Assembly: GCA_030390025.1 (NCBI GenBank)
Contig: JASTWF010000346.1
Coordinates: 434,001 to 498,000, forward strand
Reading direction: 5' to 3'
From: Squalus acanthias
Lineage: Eukaryota
DNA: 64,000 bases
The stretch's first letter is position 1, and each line of letters starts with the position of its first letter. The notes beneath the pieces are model-generated. The model saw nothing but the letters and a program-made list of their open reading frames with translations, was not told the DNA's origin and made no database searches. Position numbers and translations under genes: made by a program. Shown here piece after piece: positions 24,656 through 37,000 of this stretch.

Positions 24656-24775
24656 GACTTGAATTTCTATCGCGCCTTTCAGCACCTCAGGATGTTCCAA
24701 AGCCCTTGCAGCCAATGAGGTGCTTTTGAAGTGTGGTCACTGTTGTAATGTGGGAAACGCAGCAGCCAATCTGCG
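24650..24775 (-). mobile_element. 3' part of a SacSINE1-like SINE whose tail runs into the purine tract
   Basis: AAAGACTTGAATTTCTATCGCGCCTTTCA...GCAGCCAATCTGCG. Confidence 0.75.
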
Positions 24776-25080
24776 AATGGTTGTGTTGTGGTTCCCTCAA
24801 GTAGCTGCTGACATTTCCTGTTGTGGTTCACACATGAAGAATGGTCATTTATAATGATTGGTAATCATGGACCCGTCAAAAGCCAACACACCTTCAGGAA
24901 CGGGGAGAAAGTTAGCAAAATACATGCGTTTAGCATCCAAGAAAATGTAAACTCCAGCCATCACGTAGGAAATAAATGTCGATCCAATCTTCAATTCAAA
25001 CTCAGTGGAGCCAAGTCTTGAGCCTGCAGGAAATGTTTGGACACCAGCTTTCACCTGAGATATCCCACAGAGAGAGCTCC

Positions 25081-28000
25081 GTGTCAGCCGTGGCTCAGTG
25101 GGCAGCACCCTCACCTCTGGGTCAGAAGGTTGTGGGTTCAAGTCCCACTCCAGAGACTTGAGCACAAAATCTAGACTGACACTCCATTGCAGTACTGAGA
25201 GAACCCCGCACTGTCAGAGGGGCAGTACCGAGGGAGTGCTGCACTGTCGGAGGGGCAGTACTGAGGGAGTGCTGCACTGTCGGAGGGGCAGTACTGAGGG
25301 AGTGCTGCACTGTCGGAGGGGCAGTACTGAGGAAGCGCTGCACTGTCGGAGGGGCAGTACTGAGGGAGTGCTGCACTGTCGGAGGGGCAGTACTGAGGAA
25401 GCGCTGCACTGTCGGAGGGGCAGTACTGAGGGAGTGCTGCACTGTCGGAGGGGCAGTACTGAGGGAGCCCTGCACTATTGGAGGGGCAGTACTGAGGGAG
25501 TGCTGCACTGTCGGAGGGGCAGTACTGAGGGAGTGCTGCACTATCGGAGGGGCAGTACTGAGGGAGTGCTGCACTGTCGAGGGGCAGTACTGAAGGAGCA
25601 CTGCACTGTCGGAGGGGCAGTACTGAGGGAGTGCTGCACTGTTGGGGGGGCAGTAATGAGGGAGCGCTGCACTGTCGGGGGGGGCAGTAATGAGGGAGCG
25701 CTGCACTGGTGGAGGGGCAGTACTGAGGGAGTGCTGCACTGTCAGAGGGGCAGCACTGAGGGAGTGCTGCACTGTCAAAGGGGCAGTACTGAGGGAGTGC
25801 TGCACTATTGGAGGTGCAGTACTGAGGGAGTTCTGCACTGTCGGAGGGACAGTACTGAGGGAGTGCTGCACTGTCGGAGGGGCAGTACTGAGGGAGTGCT
25901 GCACTGTCGGAGGGGCAGTACTGAGGGAGTGCTGCACTATCGGAGGGGCAGTACTGAGGGAGTGCTGCACTGTCGGAGGGGCAGTACTGAAGGAGCACTG
26001 CACTGTCGGAGGGGCAGTACTGAGGGAGTGCTGCACTGTCGGAGGATCAGTACTGAGGGAGCACTGCACTGTCAGAGGGGCAGCACTGAGGGAGCGTCGC
26101 ACTGTCAGAGGGGCAGTACTGAGGGAGTGCTGCACTGTTGGGGGGGGCAGTAATGAGGGAGCGCTGCACTGTCGGGGGGGCAGTAATGAGGGAGCGCTGC
26201 ACTTGTGGAGGGGCAGTACTGAGGGAGTGCTGCACTGTCAGAGGGGCAGTACTGAGGGAGTGCTGCACTGTTGGAGGGGCAGTACTGAGGGAGTGCTGCC
26301 CTGTTGGAGGGGCAGTACTGAGGGAGTGCTGCACTGTCAGAGGGGCAGTACTGAGGGAGTGCTGCACTATTGGAGGGGCAGTACTGAGGGAGTTCTGCAC
26401 TGTCGGAGGACAGTACTGAGGGAGCGCTGCACTGTCAGAGGGGCAGTACTGAGGGAGTGCTGCACTATTGGAGGGGCAGTACTGAGGGAGTGCTGCACTG
26501 TCAGAGGGGGGCAGTAATGACGGAGCGCTGCACTGGTGGAGGGGCAGTACTGAGGGGGTGCTGCACTGTCGGAGGGGCAGTACTGAGGGAGTGCTGCACA
26601 ATCGGAGGGGCAGTACTGAGGGAGTGCTGCACTGTCGGAGGGGCAGTACCGAGGGAGTGCTGCACTGTCAGAGGATCAGTACTGAGGGAGCGCTGCAATG
26701 TCAGAGGGGCAGTACTGAGGGAGCGCTGCACTGTCAGAGGGGCAGTACTGAGGGAGTGCTGCACTGTCGGAGGGGCATTACTGAGGGAGTGCTGCACTGT
26801 CGGAGGGGCAGTACTGAGGGAGTGCTGCACTGTCGGAGGGGCATTACTGAGGGAGTGCTGCACTGTCGGAGGGGCATTACTGAGGGAGTGCTGCACTGTC
26901 GGATGGGCAATACTGAGGGAGTGCTGCACTGTCGGAGGGGCATTACTGAGGGAGTGCTGCACTGTCGGAGGAGCAGTACTGAGGGAGCACTGCACTGTCG
27001 GAGGGGCAGTACTGAGGGAGTGCTGCACTGTCGGAGGGGCATTACTGAGGGAGTGCTGCACTATCGGAGGGGCAGTACTGAGGGAGTGCTGCACTGTCGG
27101 AGGGGCAGTACTGAAGGAGCGCTGCACTGTCGGAGGGGCAGTACTGAGGGAGTGCTGCAAAGTCGGAGGATCAGTACTGAGGGAGCGCTGCACTGTCGGA
27201 GGATCAGTACTGAGGGAGCGCTGCACTGTCAGAGGGGCAGTACTGAGGGAGCGCTGCACTGTCAGAGGGGCAGTACTGAGGGAGTGCTGCACTGTCGGAG
27301 GGGCATTACTGAGGGAGTGCTGCATTGTCGGAGGGGCAGTACTGAGGGAGTGCTGCACTGTCGGAGGGGCATTACTGAGGGAGTGCTGCACTGTCGGAGG
27401 GGCATTACTGAGGGAGTGCTGCACTGTCAGATGGGCAATACTGAGGGAGTGCTGCACTGTCGGAGGGGCATTACTGAGGGAGTGCTGCACCTTCGGAGTA
27501 GCAGTGCTGAGGGAGTGCTGCACTGTCGGAGGGGCAGTACTGAGGGAGTGCTGCACTGTCGGAGGGGCAGTACTGAAGGAGCGCTGCACTGTCAGAGGGG
27601 CAGTACTGAGGGAGTGCTGCACTATTGGAGGTGCAGTACTGAGGGAGTTCTGCACTGTCGGAGGACAGTACTGAGGGAGTGCTGCACTGTCGGAGGGGCA
27701 GTACTGAGGGAGTGCTGCACTGTCGGAGGGGCAGTACTGAGGGAGTGCTGCACTATCGGAGGGGCAGTACTGAGGGAGTGCTGCACTGTCGGAGGGGCAG
27801 TACTGAAGGAGCACTGCACTGTCGGAGGGGCAGTACTGAGGGAGTGCTGCACTGTCGGAGGATCAGTACTGAGGGAGCACTGCACTGTCAGAGGGGCAGC
27901 ACTGAGGGAGCGTCGCACTGTCAGAGGGGCAGTACTGAGGGAGTGCTGCACTGTTGGGGGGGGCAGTAATGAGGGAGCGCTGCACTGTCGGGGGGGCAGT

Positions 28001-31000
28001 AATGAGGGAGCGCTGCACTGGTGGAGGGGCAGTACTGAGGGAGTGCTGCACTGTCAGAGGGGCAGTACTGAGGGAGTGCTGCACTGTTGGAGGGGCAGTA
28101 CTGAGGGAGTGCTGCCCTGTTGGAGGGGCAGTACTGAGGGAGTGCTGCACTGTCAGAGGGGCAGTACTGAGGGAGTGCTGCACTATTGGAGGGGCAGTAC
28201 TGAGGGAGTTCTGCACTGTCGGAGGACAGTACTGAGGGAGCGCTGCACTGTCAGAGGGGCAGTACTGAGGGAGCGTCGCACTGTCAGAGGGGCAGTACTG
28301 AGGGAGTGCTGCACTATTGGAGGGGCAGTACTGAGGGAGTGCTGCACTGTCAGAGGGGGGCAGTAATGAGGGAGCGCTGCACTGGTGGAGGGGCAGTACT
28401 GAGGGAGTGCTGCACTGTCGGAGGGGCAGTACTGAGGGAGTGCTGCACAATCGGAGGGGCAGTACTGAGGGAGTGCTGCACTGTCGGAGGGGCAGTACTG
28501 AAGGAGCGCTGCACTGTCGGAGGGGCAGTACTGAGGGAGTGCTGCACTGTCAGAGGATCAGTACTGAGGGAGCGCTGCACTGTCAGAGGGGCAGTACTGA
28601 GGGAGCGCTGCACTGTCAGAGGGGCAGTACTGAGGGAGTGCTGCACTGTCGGAGGGGCATTACTGAGGGAGTGCTGCACTGTTGGAGGGGCAGTACTGAG
28701 GGAGTGCTGCACTGTCGGAGGGGCATTACTGAGGGAGTGCTGCACTGTCGGAGGGGCATTACTGAGGGAGTGCTGCACTGTCAGAGGGGCAGTACTGAGG
28801 GAGCACTGCACTGTCGGAGGGGCAGTACTGAGGGAGTGCTGCACTGTCGGAGGGGCATTACTGAGGGAGTGCTGCACTATCGGAGGGGCAGTACTGAGGG
28901 AGTGCTGCACTGTCGGAGGGGCAGTACTGAAGGAGCGCTGCACTGTCGGAGGGGCAGTACTGAGGGAGTGCTGCAAAGTCGGAGGATCAGTACTGAGGGA
29001 GCGCTACACTGTCGGAGGATCAGTACTGAGGGAGCGCTGCACTGTCAGAGGGGCAGTACTGAGGGAGCGCTGCACTGTCAGAGGGGCAGTACTGAGGGAG
29101 TGCTGCACTGTCGGAGGGGCATTACTGAGGGAGTGCTGCATTGTCGGAGGGGCAGTACTGAGGGAGTGCTGCACTGTCGGAGGGGCATTACTGAGGGAGT
29201 GCTGCACTGTCGGAGGGGCATTACTGAGGGAGTGCTGCACTGTCAGATGGGCAATACTGAGGGAGTGCTGCACTGTCGGAGGGGCATTACTGAGGGAGTG
29301 CTGCACCTTCGGAGTAGCAGTGCTGAGGGAGTGCTGCACTGTTGTAGGGGCAGTACTGAGGGAGTGCTGCACTGTCAGAGGAGCAGTACTGAGGGAGTGG
29401 TGCACTATTGGAGGGTCGGTACTGAGGGAGTTCTGCACTGTCGGAGGACAGTACTGAGGGAGTGCTGCACTGTCGGGGGGGCAGTAATGAGGGAGCGCTG
29501 CACTGGTGGAGGGGCAGTACTGAGGGAGTGCTGCACTGTCGGAGGGGCAGTACTGAGGGAGTGCTGCACTATCGGAGGGGCAGTACTGAAGGAGCGCTGC
29601 ACTGTCGGAGGGGCAGTACTGAGGGAGTGCTGCACTGTCGGAGGATCAGTACTGAGGGAGCGCTGCACTGTCGGAGGGGCATTACTGAGGGAGTGCTGCA
29701 CTGTCGGAGGGGCATTACTGAGGGAGTGCTGCACTGTCGGATGGGCAATACTGAGGGAGTGCTGCACTGTCGGAGGGGCATTACTGATGGAGTGCTGCAC
29801 TGTCGGAGGAGCAGTACTGAGGGAGCACTGCACTGTCGGAGGGGCAGTACTGAGGGAGTGCTGCACTGTCGGAGGGGCATTACTGAGGGAGTGCTGCACT
29901 ATCGGAGGGGCAGTACTGAGGGAGTGCTGCACTGTCGGAGGGGCAGTACTGAAGGAGCGCTGCACTGTCGGAGGGGCAGTACTGAGGGAGTGCTGCACAG
30001 TCGGAGGATCAGTACTGAGGGAGCGCTGCACTGTCAGAGGGGCAGTACTGAGGGAGCGCTGCACTGTCAGAGGGGCAGTACTGAGGGAGTGCTGCACTGT
30101 CGGAGGGGCATTACTGAGGGAGTGCTGCATTGTCGGAGGGGCAGTACTGAGGGAGTGCTGCACTGTCGGAGGGGCATTACTGAGGGAGTGCTGCACTGTC
30201 GGAGGGGCATTACTGAGGGAGTGCTGCACTGTCGGATGGGCAATACTGAGGGAGTGCTGCACTGTCGGAGGGGCATTACTGAGGGAGTGCTGCACTGTCG
30301 GAGGAGCAGTACTGAGGGAGCACTGCACTGTCGGAGGGGCAGTATTGAGGGAGTGCTGCACTGACAGAGGGGCAGTACTGAGGGAGTGCTGCACTGTCGG
30401 AGGGGCAGTACTGAGGGAGTGCTGCACTGTCGGAGAGGCAGTACTGAGGGAGTGCTGCACTGTCGGAGGGGCAGTACTGAGGGAGTGCTTCACTGTCGGA
30501 GGGGCAGTACTGAGGGAGTGCTGCACTGTCGGATAGGCAGTACTGAGGGAGTGCTGCACTGTCGGAGGGGCAGTACTGAGGGAGTGCTGCACTGTCAGAG
30601 GGGCAGCACTGAGGGAGTGCTGCACTGTCAGAGGGGCAGTACTGAGGGAGTGCTGCACTATTGGAGGTGCAGTACTGAGGGAGTGCTGCACTGTCGGAGG
30701 GGCAGTACTGAGGGAGTGCTGCACTGTGGGAGGGGCAGTACTGAGGGAGTGCTGCACTGTCGGAGAGGCAGTACTGAGGGAGTGCTGCACTGTCGGAGGG
30801 GCAGTACTGAGGGAGTGCTGCACTGTCAGAGGGGCAGCACTGAGGGAGTGCTGCACTGTCAGAGGGGCAGTACTGAGGGAGTGCTGCACTATTGGAGGTG
30901 CAGTACTGAGGGAGTTCTGCACTGTCGGAGGACAGTACTGAGGGAGTGCTGCACTGTCGGAGGGGCAGTACTGAGGGAGTGCTGCACTGTCGGAGGGGCA

Positions 31001-34000
31001 GAACTGAGGGAGTGCTGCACTATCGGAGGGGCAGTACTGAGGGAGTGCTGCACTGTCGGAGGGGCAGTACTGAAGGAGCGCTGCACTGTCGGAGGGGCAG
31101 TACTGAGGGAGTGCTGCACAGTCGGAGGATCAGTACTGAGGGAGCGCTGCACTGTCAGAGGGGCAGTACTGAGGGAGCGCTGCACTGTCAGAGGGGCAGT
31201 ACTGAGGGAGTGCTTCACTGTCGGAGGGGCATTACTGAGGGAGTGCTGCATTGTCGGAGGGGCAGTACTGAGGGAGTGCTGCACTGTCGGAGGGGCAATA
31301 CCGAGGGAGTGCTGCACTGTCGGAGGGGCATTACTGAGGGAGTGCTGCACTGTCGGAGTAGCAGTGCTGAGGGAGTGCTGCACTGTTGGAGGGGCAGTAC
31401 TGAGGGAGTGCTGCACTGTCAGAGGGGCAGTACTGAGGGAGTGCTGCACTATTGGAGGGGCAGTACTGAGGGAGTTCTGCACTGTCGGAGGACAGTACTG
31501 AGGGAGTGCTGCACTGTCGGGGGGGCAGTAATGAGGGAGCGCTGCACTGGTGGAGGGGCAGTACTGAGGGAGTGCTGCACTGTCGGAGGGGCAGTACTGA
31601 GGGAGTGCTGCACTATCGGAGGGGCAGTGCTGAGGGAGTGCTGCACTGTCGGAGGGGCAGTACTGAAGGAGCGCTGCACTGTCGGAGGGGCAGTACTGAG
31701 GGAGTGCTGCACTGTCGGAGGATCAGTACTGAGGGAGCGCTGCACTGTCGGAGGGGCATTACTGAGGGAGTGCTGCACTATCGGAGGGGCATTACTGAGG
31801 GAGTGCTGCACTGTCGGATGGGCAATACTGAGGGAGTGCTGCACTGTCGGAGGGGCATTACTGAGGGAGTGCTGCACTGTCGGAGGATCAGTACTGAGGG
31901 AGCACTGCACTGTCGGAGGGGCAGTATTGAGGGAGTGCTGCACTGACAGAGGGGCAGTACTGAGGGAGTGCTGCACTGTCGGAGGGGCAGTACTGAGGGA
32001 GTGCTGCACTGTCGGAGAGGCAGTACTGAGGGAGTGCTGCACTGTCGGAGGGGCAGTACTGAGGGAGTGCTTCACTGTCGGAGGGGCAGTACTGAGGGAG
32101 TGCTGCACTGTCGGATAGGCAGTACTGAGGGAGTGCAGCACTGTCGGAGGGGCAGTACTGAGGGAGTGCTGCACTGTCAGAGGGGCAGCACTGAGGGAGT
32201 GCTGCACTGTCAGAGGGGCAGTACTGAGGGAGTGCTGCACTATTGGAGGTGCAGTACTGAGGGAGTGCTGCACTGTCGGAGGGGCAGTACTGAGGGAGTG
32301 CTGCACTGTGGGAGTGGCAGTACTGAGGGAGTGCTGCACTGTCGGAGGGCAGTACTGAGGGAGTGCTGCACTGTCGGAGGGGCAGTACTGAGGGAGTGCT
32401 GCACTGTCAGAGGGGCAGCACTGAGGGAGTGCTGCACTGTCAGAGGGGCAGTACTGAGGGAGTGCTGCACTATTGGAGGTGCAGTACTGAGGGAGTTCTG
32501 CACTGTCGGAGGGACAGTACTGAGGGAGTGCTGCACTGTCGGAGGGGCAGTACTGAGGGAGTGCTGCACTGTCGGAGGGGCAGTACTGAGGGAGTGCTGC
32601 ACTATCGGAGGGGCAGTACTGAGGGAGTGCTGCACTGTCGGAGGAGCAGTACTGAAGGAGCGCTGCACTGTCGGAGGGGCAGTACTGAGGGAGTGCTGCA
32701 CAGTCGGAGGATCAGTACTGAGGGAGCGCTGCACTGTCGGGGGGGCAGTAATGAGGGAGCGCTGCACTGGTGGAGGGGCAGTACTGAGGGAGTGCTGCAC
32801 TGTCGGAGGGGCAGTACTGAGGGAGTGCTGCACTATCGGAGGGGCAGTACTGAGGGAGTGCTGCACTGTCGGAGGGGCAGTACTGAAGGAGCGCTGCACT
32901 GTCGGAGGGGCAGTACTGAGGGAGTGCTGCACTGTCGGAGGATCAGTACTGAGGGAGCGCTGCACTGTCGGAGGGGCATTACTGAGGGAGTGCTGCACTG
33001 TCGGAGGGGCATTACTGAGGGAGTGCTGCACTGTCGGATGGGCAATACTGAGGGAGTGCTGCACTGTCGGAGGGGCATTACTGAGGGAGTGCTGCACTGT
33101 CGGATGGGCAATACTGAGGGAGTGCTGCACTGTCGGAGGGGCATTACTGAGGGAGTGCTGCACTGTCGGAGGATCAGTACTGAGGGAGCACTGCACTGTC
33201 GGAGGGGCAGTATTGAGGGAGTGCTGCACTGACAGAGGGGCAGTACTGAGGGAGTGCTGCACTGTCGGAGGGGCAGTACTGAGGGAGTGCTGCACTGTCG
33301 GAGAGGCAGTACTGAGGGAGTGCTGCACTGTCGGAGGGGCAGTACTGAGGGAGTGCTTCACTGTCGGAGGGGCAGTACTGAGGGAGTGCTGCACTGTCGG
33401 ATAGGCAGTACTGAGGGAGTGCTGCACTGTCGGAGGGGCAGTACTGAGGGAGTGCTGCACTGTCAGAGGGGCAGCACTGAGGGAGTGCTGCACTGTCAGA
33501 GGGGCAGTACTGTGGGAGTGCTGCACTATTGGAGGTGCAGTACTGAGGGAGTGCTGCACTGTCGGAGGGGCAGTACTGAGGGAGTGCTGCACTGTCGGAT
33601 GGGCAATACTGAGGGAGTGCTGCACTGTCGGAGGGGCATTACTGAGGGAGTGCTGCACTGTCGGAGGGGCAGTACTGAGGGAGTGCTGCACTGTCAGAGG
33701 GGCAGCACTGAGGGAGTGCTGCACTGTCAGAGGGGCAGTACTGAGGGAGTGCTGCACTATTGGAGGTGCAGTACTGAGGGAGTGCTGCACTGTCGGAGGG
33801 GCAGTACTGAGGGAGTGCTGCACTGTGGGAGGGGCAGTACTGAGGGAGTGCTGCACTGTCGGAGAGGCAGTACTGAGGGAGTGCTGCACTGTCGGAGGGG
33901 CAGTACTGAGGGAGTGCTGCACTGTCAGAGGGGCAGCACTGAGGGAGTGCTGCACTGTCAGATGGGCAGTACTGAGGGAGTGCTGCACTATTGGAGGTGC

Positions 34001-37000
34001 AGTACTGAGGGAGTTCTGCACTGTCGGAGGACAGTACTGAGGGAGTGCTGCACTGTCGGAGGGGCAGTACTGAGGGAGTGCTGCACTGTCGGAGGGGCAG
34101 AACTGAGGGAGTGCTGCACTATCGGAGGGGCAGTACTGAGGGAGTGCTGCACTGTCGGACGGGCAGTACTGAAGGAGCGCTGCACTGTCGGAGGGGCAGT
34201 ACTGAGGGAGTGCTGCACAGTCGGAGGATCAGTACTGAGGGAGCGCTGCACTGTCAGAGGGGCAGTACTGAGGGAGCGCTGCACTGTCAGAGGGGCAGTA
34301 CTGAGGGAGTGCTTCACTGTCGGAGGGGCATTACTGAGGGAGTGCTGCATTGTCGGAGGGGCAGTACTGAGGGAGTGCTGCACTGTCGGAGGGGCAATAC
34401 CGAGGGAGTGCTGCACTGTCGGAGGGGCATTACTGAGGGAGTGCTGCACTGTCGGAGTAGCAATGCTGAGGGAGTGCTGCACTGTTGGAGGGGCAGTACT
34501 GAGGGAGTGCTGCACTGTCAGAGGGGCAGTACTGAGGGAGTGCTGCACTATTGGAGGGGCAGTACTGAGGGAGTTCTGCACTGTCGGAGGACAGTACTGA
34601 GGGAGTGCTGCACTGTCGGGGGGGCAGTAATGAGGGAGCGCTGCACTGGTGGAGGGGCAGTACTGAGGGAGTGCTGCACTGTCGGAGGGGCAGTACTGAG
34701 GGAGTGCTGCACTATCGGAGGGGCAGTGCTGAGGGAGTGCTGCACTGTCGGAGGGGCAGTACTGAAGGAGCGCTGCACTGTCGGAGGGGCAGTACTGAGG
34801 GAGTGCTGCACTGTCGGAGGAGCAGTACTGAGGGAGCGCTGCACTGTCGGAGGGGCATTACTGAGGGAGTGCTGCACTATCGGAGGGGCATTACTGAGGG
34901 AGTGCTGCACTGTCGGATGGGCAATACTGAGGGAGTGCTGCACTGTCGGAGGGGCATTACTGAGGGAGTGCTGCACTGTCGGAGGATCAGTACTGAGGGA
35001 GCACTGCACTGTCGGAGGGGCAGTATTGAGGGAGTGCTGCACTGACAGAGGGGCAGTACTGAGGGAGTGCTGCACTGTCGGAGGGGCAGTACTGAGGGAG
35101 TGCTGCACTGTCGGAGAGGCAGTACTGAGGGAGTGCTGCACTGTCGGAGGGGCAGTACTGAGGGAGTGCTTCACTGTCGGAGGGGCAGTACTGAGGGAGT
35201 GCTGCACTGTCGGATAGGCAGTACTGAGGGAGTGCAGCACTGTCGGAGGGGCAGTACTGAGGGAGTGCTGCACTGTCAGAGGGGCAGCACTGAGGGAGTG
35301 CTGCACTGTCAGAGGGGCAGTACTGAGGGAGTGCTGCACTATTGGAGGTGCAGTACTGAGGGAGTGCTGCACTGTCGGAGGGGCAGTACTGAGGGAGTGC
35401 TGCACTGTGGGAGTGGCAGTACTGAGGGAGTGCTGCACTGTCGGAGAGGCAGTACTGAGGGAGTGCTGCACTGTCGGAGGGGCAGTACTGAGGGAGTGCT
35501 GCACTGTCAGAGGGGCAGCACTGAGGGAGTGCTGCACTGTCAGAGGGGCAGTACTGAGGGAGTGCTGCACTATTGGAGGTGCAGTACTGAGGGAGTTCTG
35601 CACTGTCGGAGGACAGTACTGAGGGAGTGCTGCACTGTCGGAGGGGCAGTACTGAGGGAGTGCTGCACTGTCGGAGGGGCAGTACTGAGGGAGTGCTGCA
35701 CTATCGGAGGGGCAGTACTGAGGGAGTGCTGCACTGTCGGAGGAGCAGTACTGAAGGAGCGCTGCACTGTCGGAGGGGCAGTACTGAGGGAGTGCTGCAC
35801 AGTCGGAGGATCAGTACTGAGGGAGCGCTGCACTGTCGGGGGGGCAGTAATGAGGGAGCGCTGCACTGGTGGAGGGGCAGTACTGAGGGAGTGCTGCACT
35901 GTCGGAGGGGCAGTACTGAGGGAGTGCTGCACTATCGGAGGGGCAGTACTGAGGGAGTGCTGCACTGTCGGAGGGGCAGTACTGAAGGAGCGCTGCACTG
36001 TCGGAGGGGCAGTACTGAGGGAGTGCTGCACTGTCGGAGGATCAGTACTGAGGGAGCGCTGCACTGTCGGAGGGGCATTACTGAGGGAGTGCTGCACTGT
36101 CGGAGGGGCATTACTGAGGGAGTGCTGCACTGTCGGATGGGCAATACTGAGGGAGTGCTGCACTGTCGGAGGGGCATTACTGAGGGAGTGCTGCACTGTC
36201 GGATGGGCAATACTGAGGGAGTGCTGCACTGTCGGAGGGGCATTACTGAGGGAGTGCTGCACTGTCGGAGGATCAGTACTGAGGGAGCACTGCACTGTCG
36301 GAGGGGCAGTATTGAGGGAGTGCTGCACTGACAGAGGGGCAGTACTGAGGGAGTGCTGCACTGTCGGAGGGGCAGTACTGAGGGAGTGCTGCACTGTCGG
36401 AGAGGCAGTACTGAGGGAGTGCTGCACTGTCGGAGGGGCAGTACTGAGGGAGTGCTTCACTGTCGGAGGGGCAGTACTGAGGGAGTGCTGCACTGTCGGA
36501 TAGGCAGTACTGAGGGAGTGCTGCACTGTCGGAGGGGCAGTACTGAGGGAGTGCTGCACTGTCAGAGGGGCAGCACTGAGGGAGTGCTGCACTGTCAGAG
36601 GGGCAGTACTGAGGGAGTGCTGCACTATTGGAGGTGCAGTACTGAGGGAGTGCTGCACTGTCGGAGGGGCAGTACTGAGGGAGTGCTGCACTGTCGGATG
36701 GGCAATACTGAGGGAGTGCTGCACTGTCGGAGGGGCATTACTGAGGGAGTGCTGCACTGTCGGAGTAGCTGTGCTGAGGGAGTGCTGCACTGTTGGAGGG
36801 GCAGTACTGAGGGAGTGCTGCACTGTCAGAGGGGCAGTACTGAGGGAGTGCTGCACTATTGGAGGGGCAGTACTGAGGGAGTTCTGCACTGTCGGAGGAC
36901 AGTACTGAGGGAGTGCTGCACTGTCGGGGGGGCAGTAATGAGGGAGCGCTGCACTGGTGGAGGGGCAGTACTGAGGGAGTGCTGCACTGTCGGAGGGGCA

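Noticed and set aside
23729..24729. Pro/Ser/Leu-rich and Gly/Arg/Glu-rich ORFs
   Set aside because: Translation of the polypurine low-complexity tract
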